DNA from: Octopus sinensis
Lineage: Eukaryota
Reading direction: 5' to 3'
NCBI RefSeq assembly: GCF_006345805.1
Contig: NW_021824912.1
Span: 1-17,432 of the forward strand
DNA: 17,432 bases
A program made the translations under genes and the position numbers. Positions 17,250 to 17,432 of the stretch are shown here, piece by piece. The notes beneath the pieces were generated by a model. That model searched no databases. It had not been told where the DNA came from and saw only the letters and a program-made list of their open reading frames with translations. Within the stretch, counting starts at the first letter, position 1; each line of letters opens with the position of its first letter.

Positions 17250-17432
17250 ATCTATCCATCCATCTTCTCTGTCCACCATTCCTACGAGGATCCTTGAGGC
17301 AGAGTCTTCAGACACCTTCTCCATAGGATTCTATCGGAAGCAAACTTCATTACACTTTCCAGCTGGATTCCCAAATGCGACCAGCTGAGATATTATCCAG
17401 CGACCTCATTCTTGGTCTACCCCTTGACTCCA
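17250..17432 (-). mobile_element. 3' end of an RTE-clade LINE (Rex3/Expander-like)
   Basis: Minus strand GRPRMRSLDNIS / frameshift / LGIQLESVMKFASDRILWRRCLKTLP then GAAGATGGATGGATAG resembles the Rex3/Expander C-terminus (GRPRTRWRDY...LGIPPEEL...W..LL.LLPPRP) and its (GATG)n tail. Runs off the window edge. Confidence 0.72.

Overview
This is a repeat-saturated eukaryotic non-coding window (intergenic or deep intronic). I can support no host protein-coding gene, and the long ORFs in the track are translations of microsatellites. The microsatellite load and SINE families point to an octopod cephalopod, but that is inference from remembered repeat consensus sequences, not a database result. Recognisable content: (i) two mariner families, one internally deleted copy at 3062-3940 (-) and a decayed DD34D copy present twice (5970-7182, 8037-9247) because of a ~2.07 kb tandem duplication; (ii) several tRNA-derived SINE families, one built as a head plus tandem ~184 bp bodies; (iii) a 5'-truncated CR1-type LINE apparently nested in the tail of an RTE (Rex3/Expander-like) LINE at the right end; (iv) short microsatellite-bounded cassettes duplicated 2.8-2.9 kb apart. 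The most interesting signal is a set of short, mutually unrelated head-to-head palindromic elements in TA-rich microsatellites whose arms fold into minimal type I hammerhead ribozymes reading outward from the centre. The clear cases are 11014-11379 and 12193-12404; a degenerate case is 5782-5941/7864-8008. They most likely derive from Penelope-like element pseudo-LTRs. All alignments, counts and RNA folds were done by eye.
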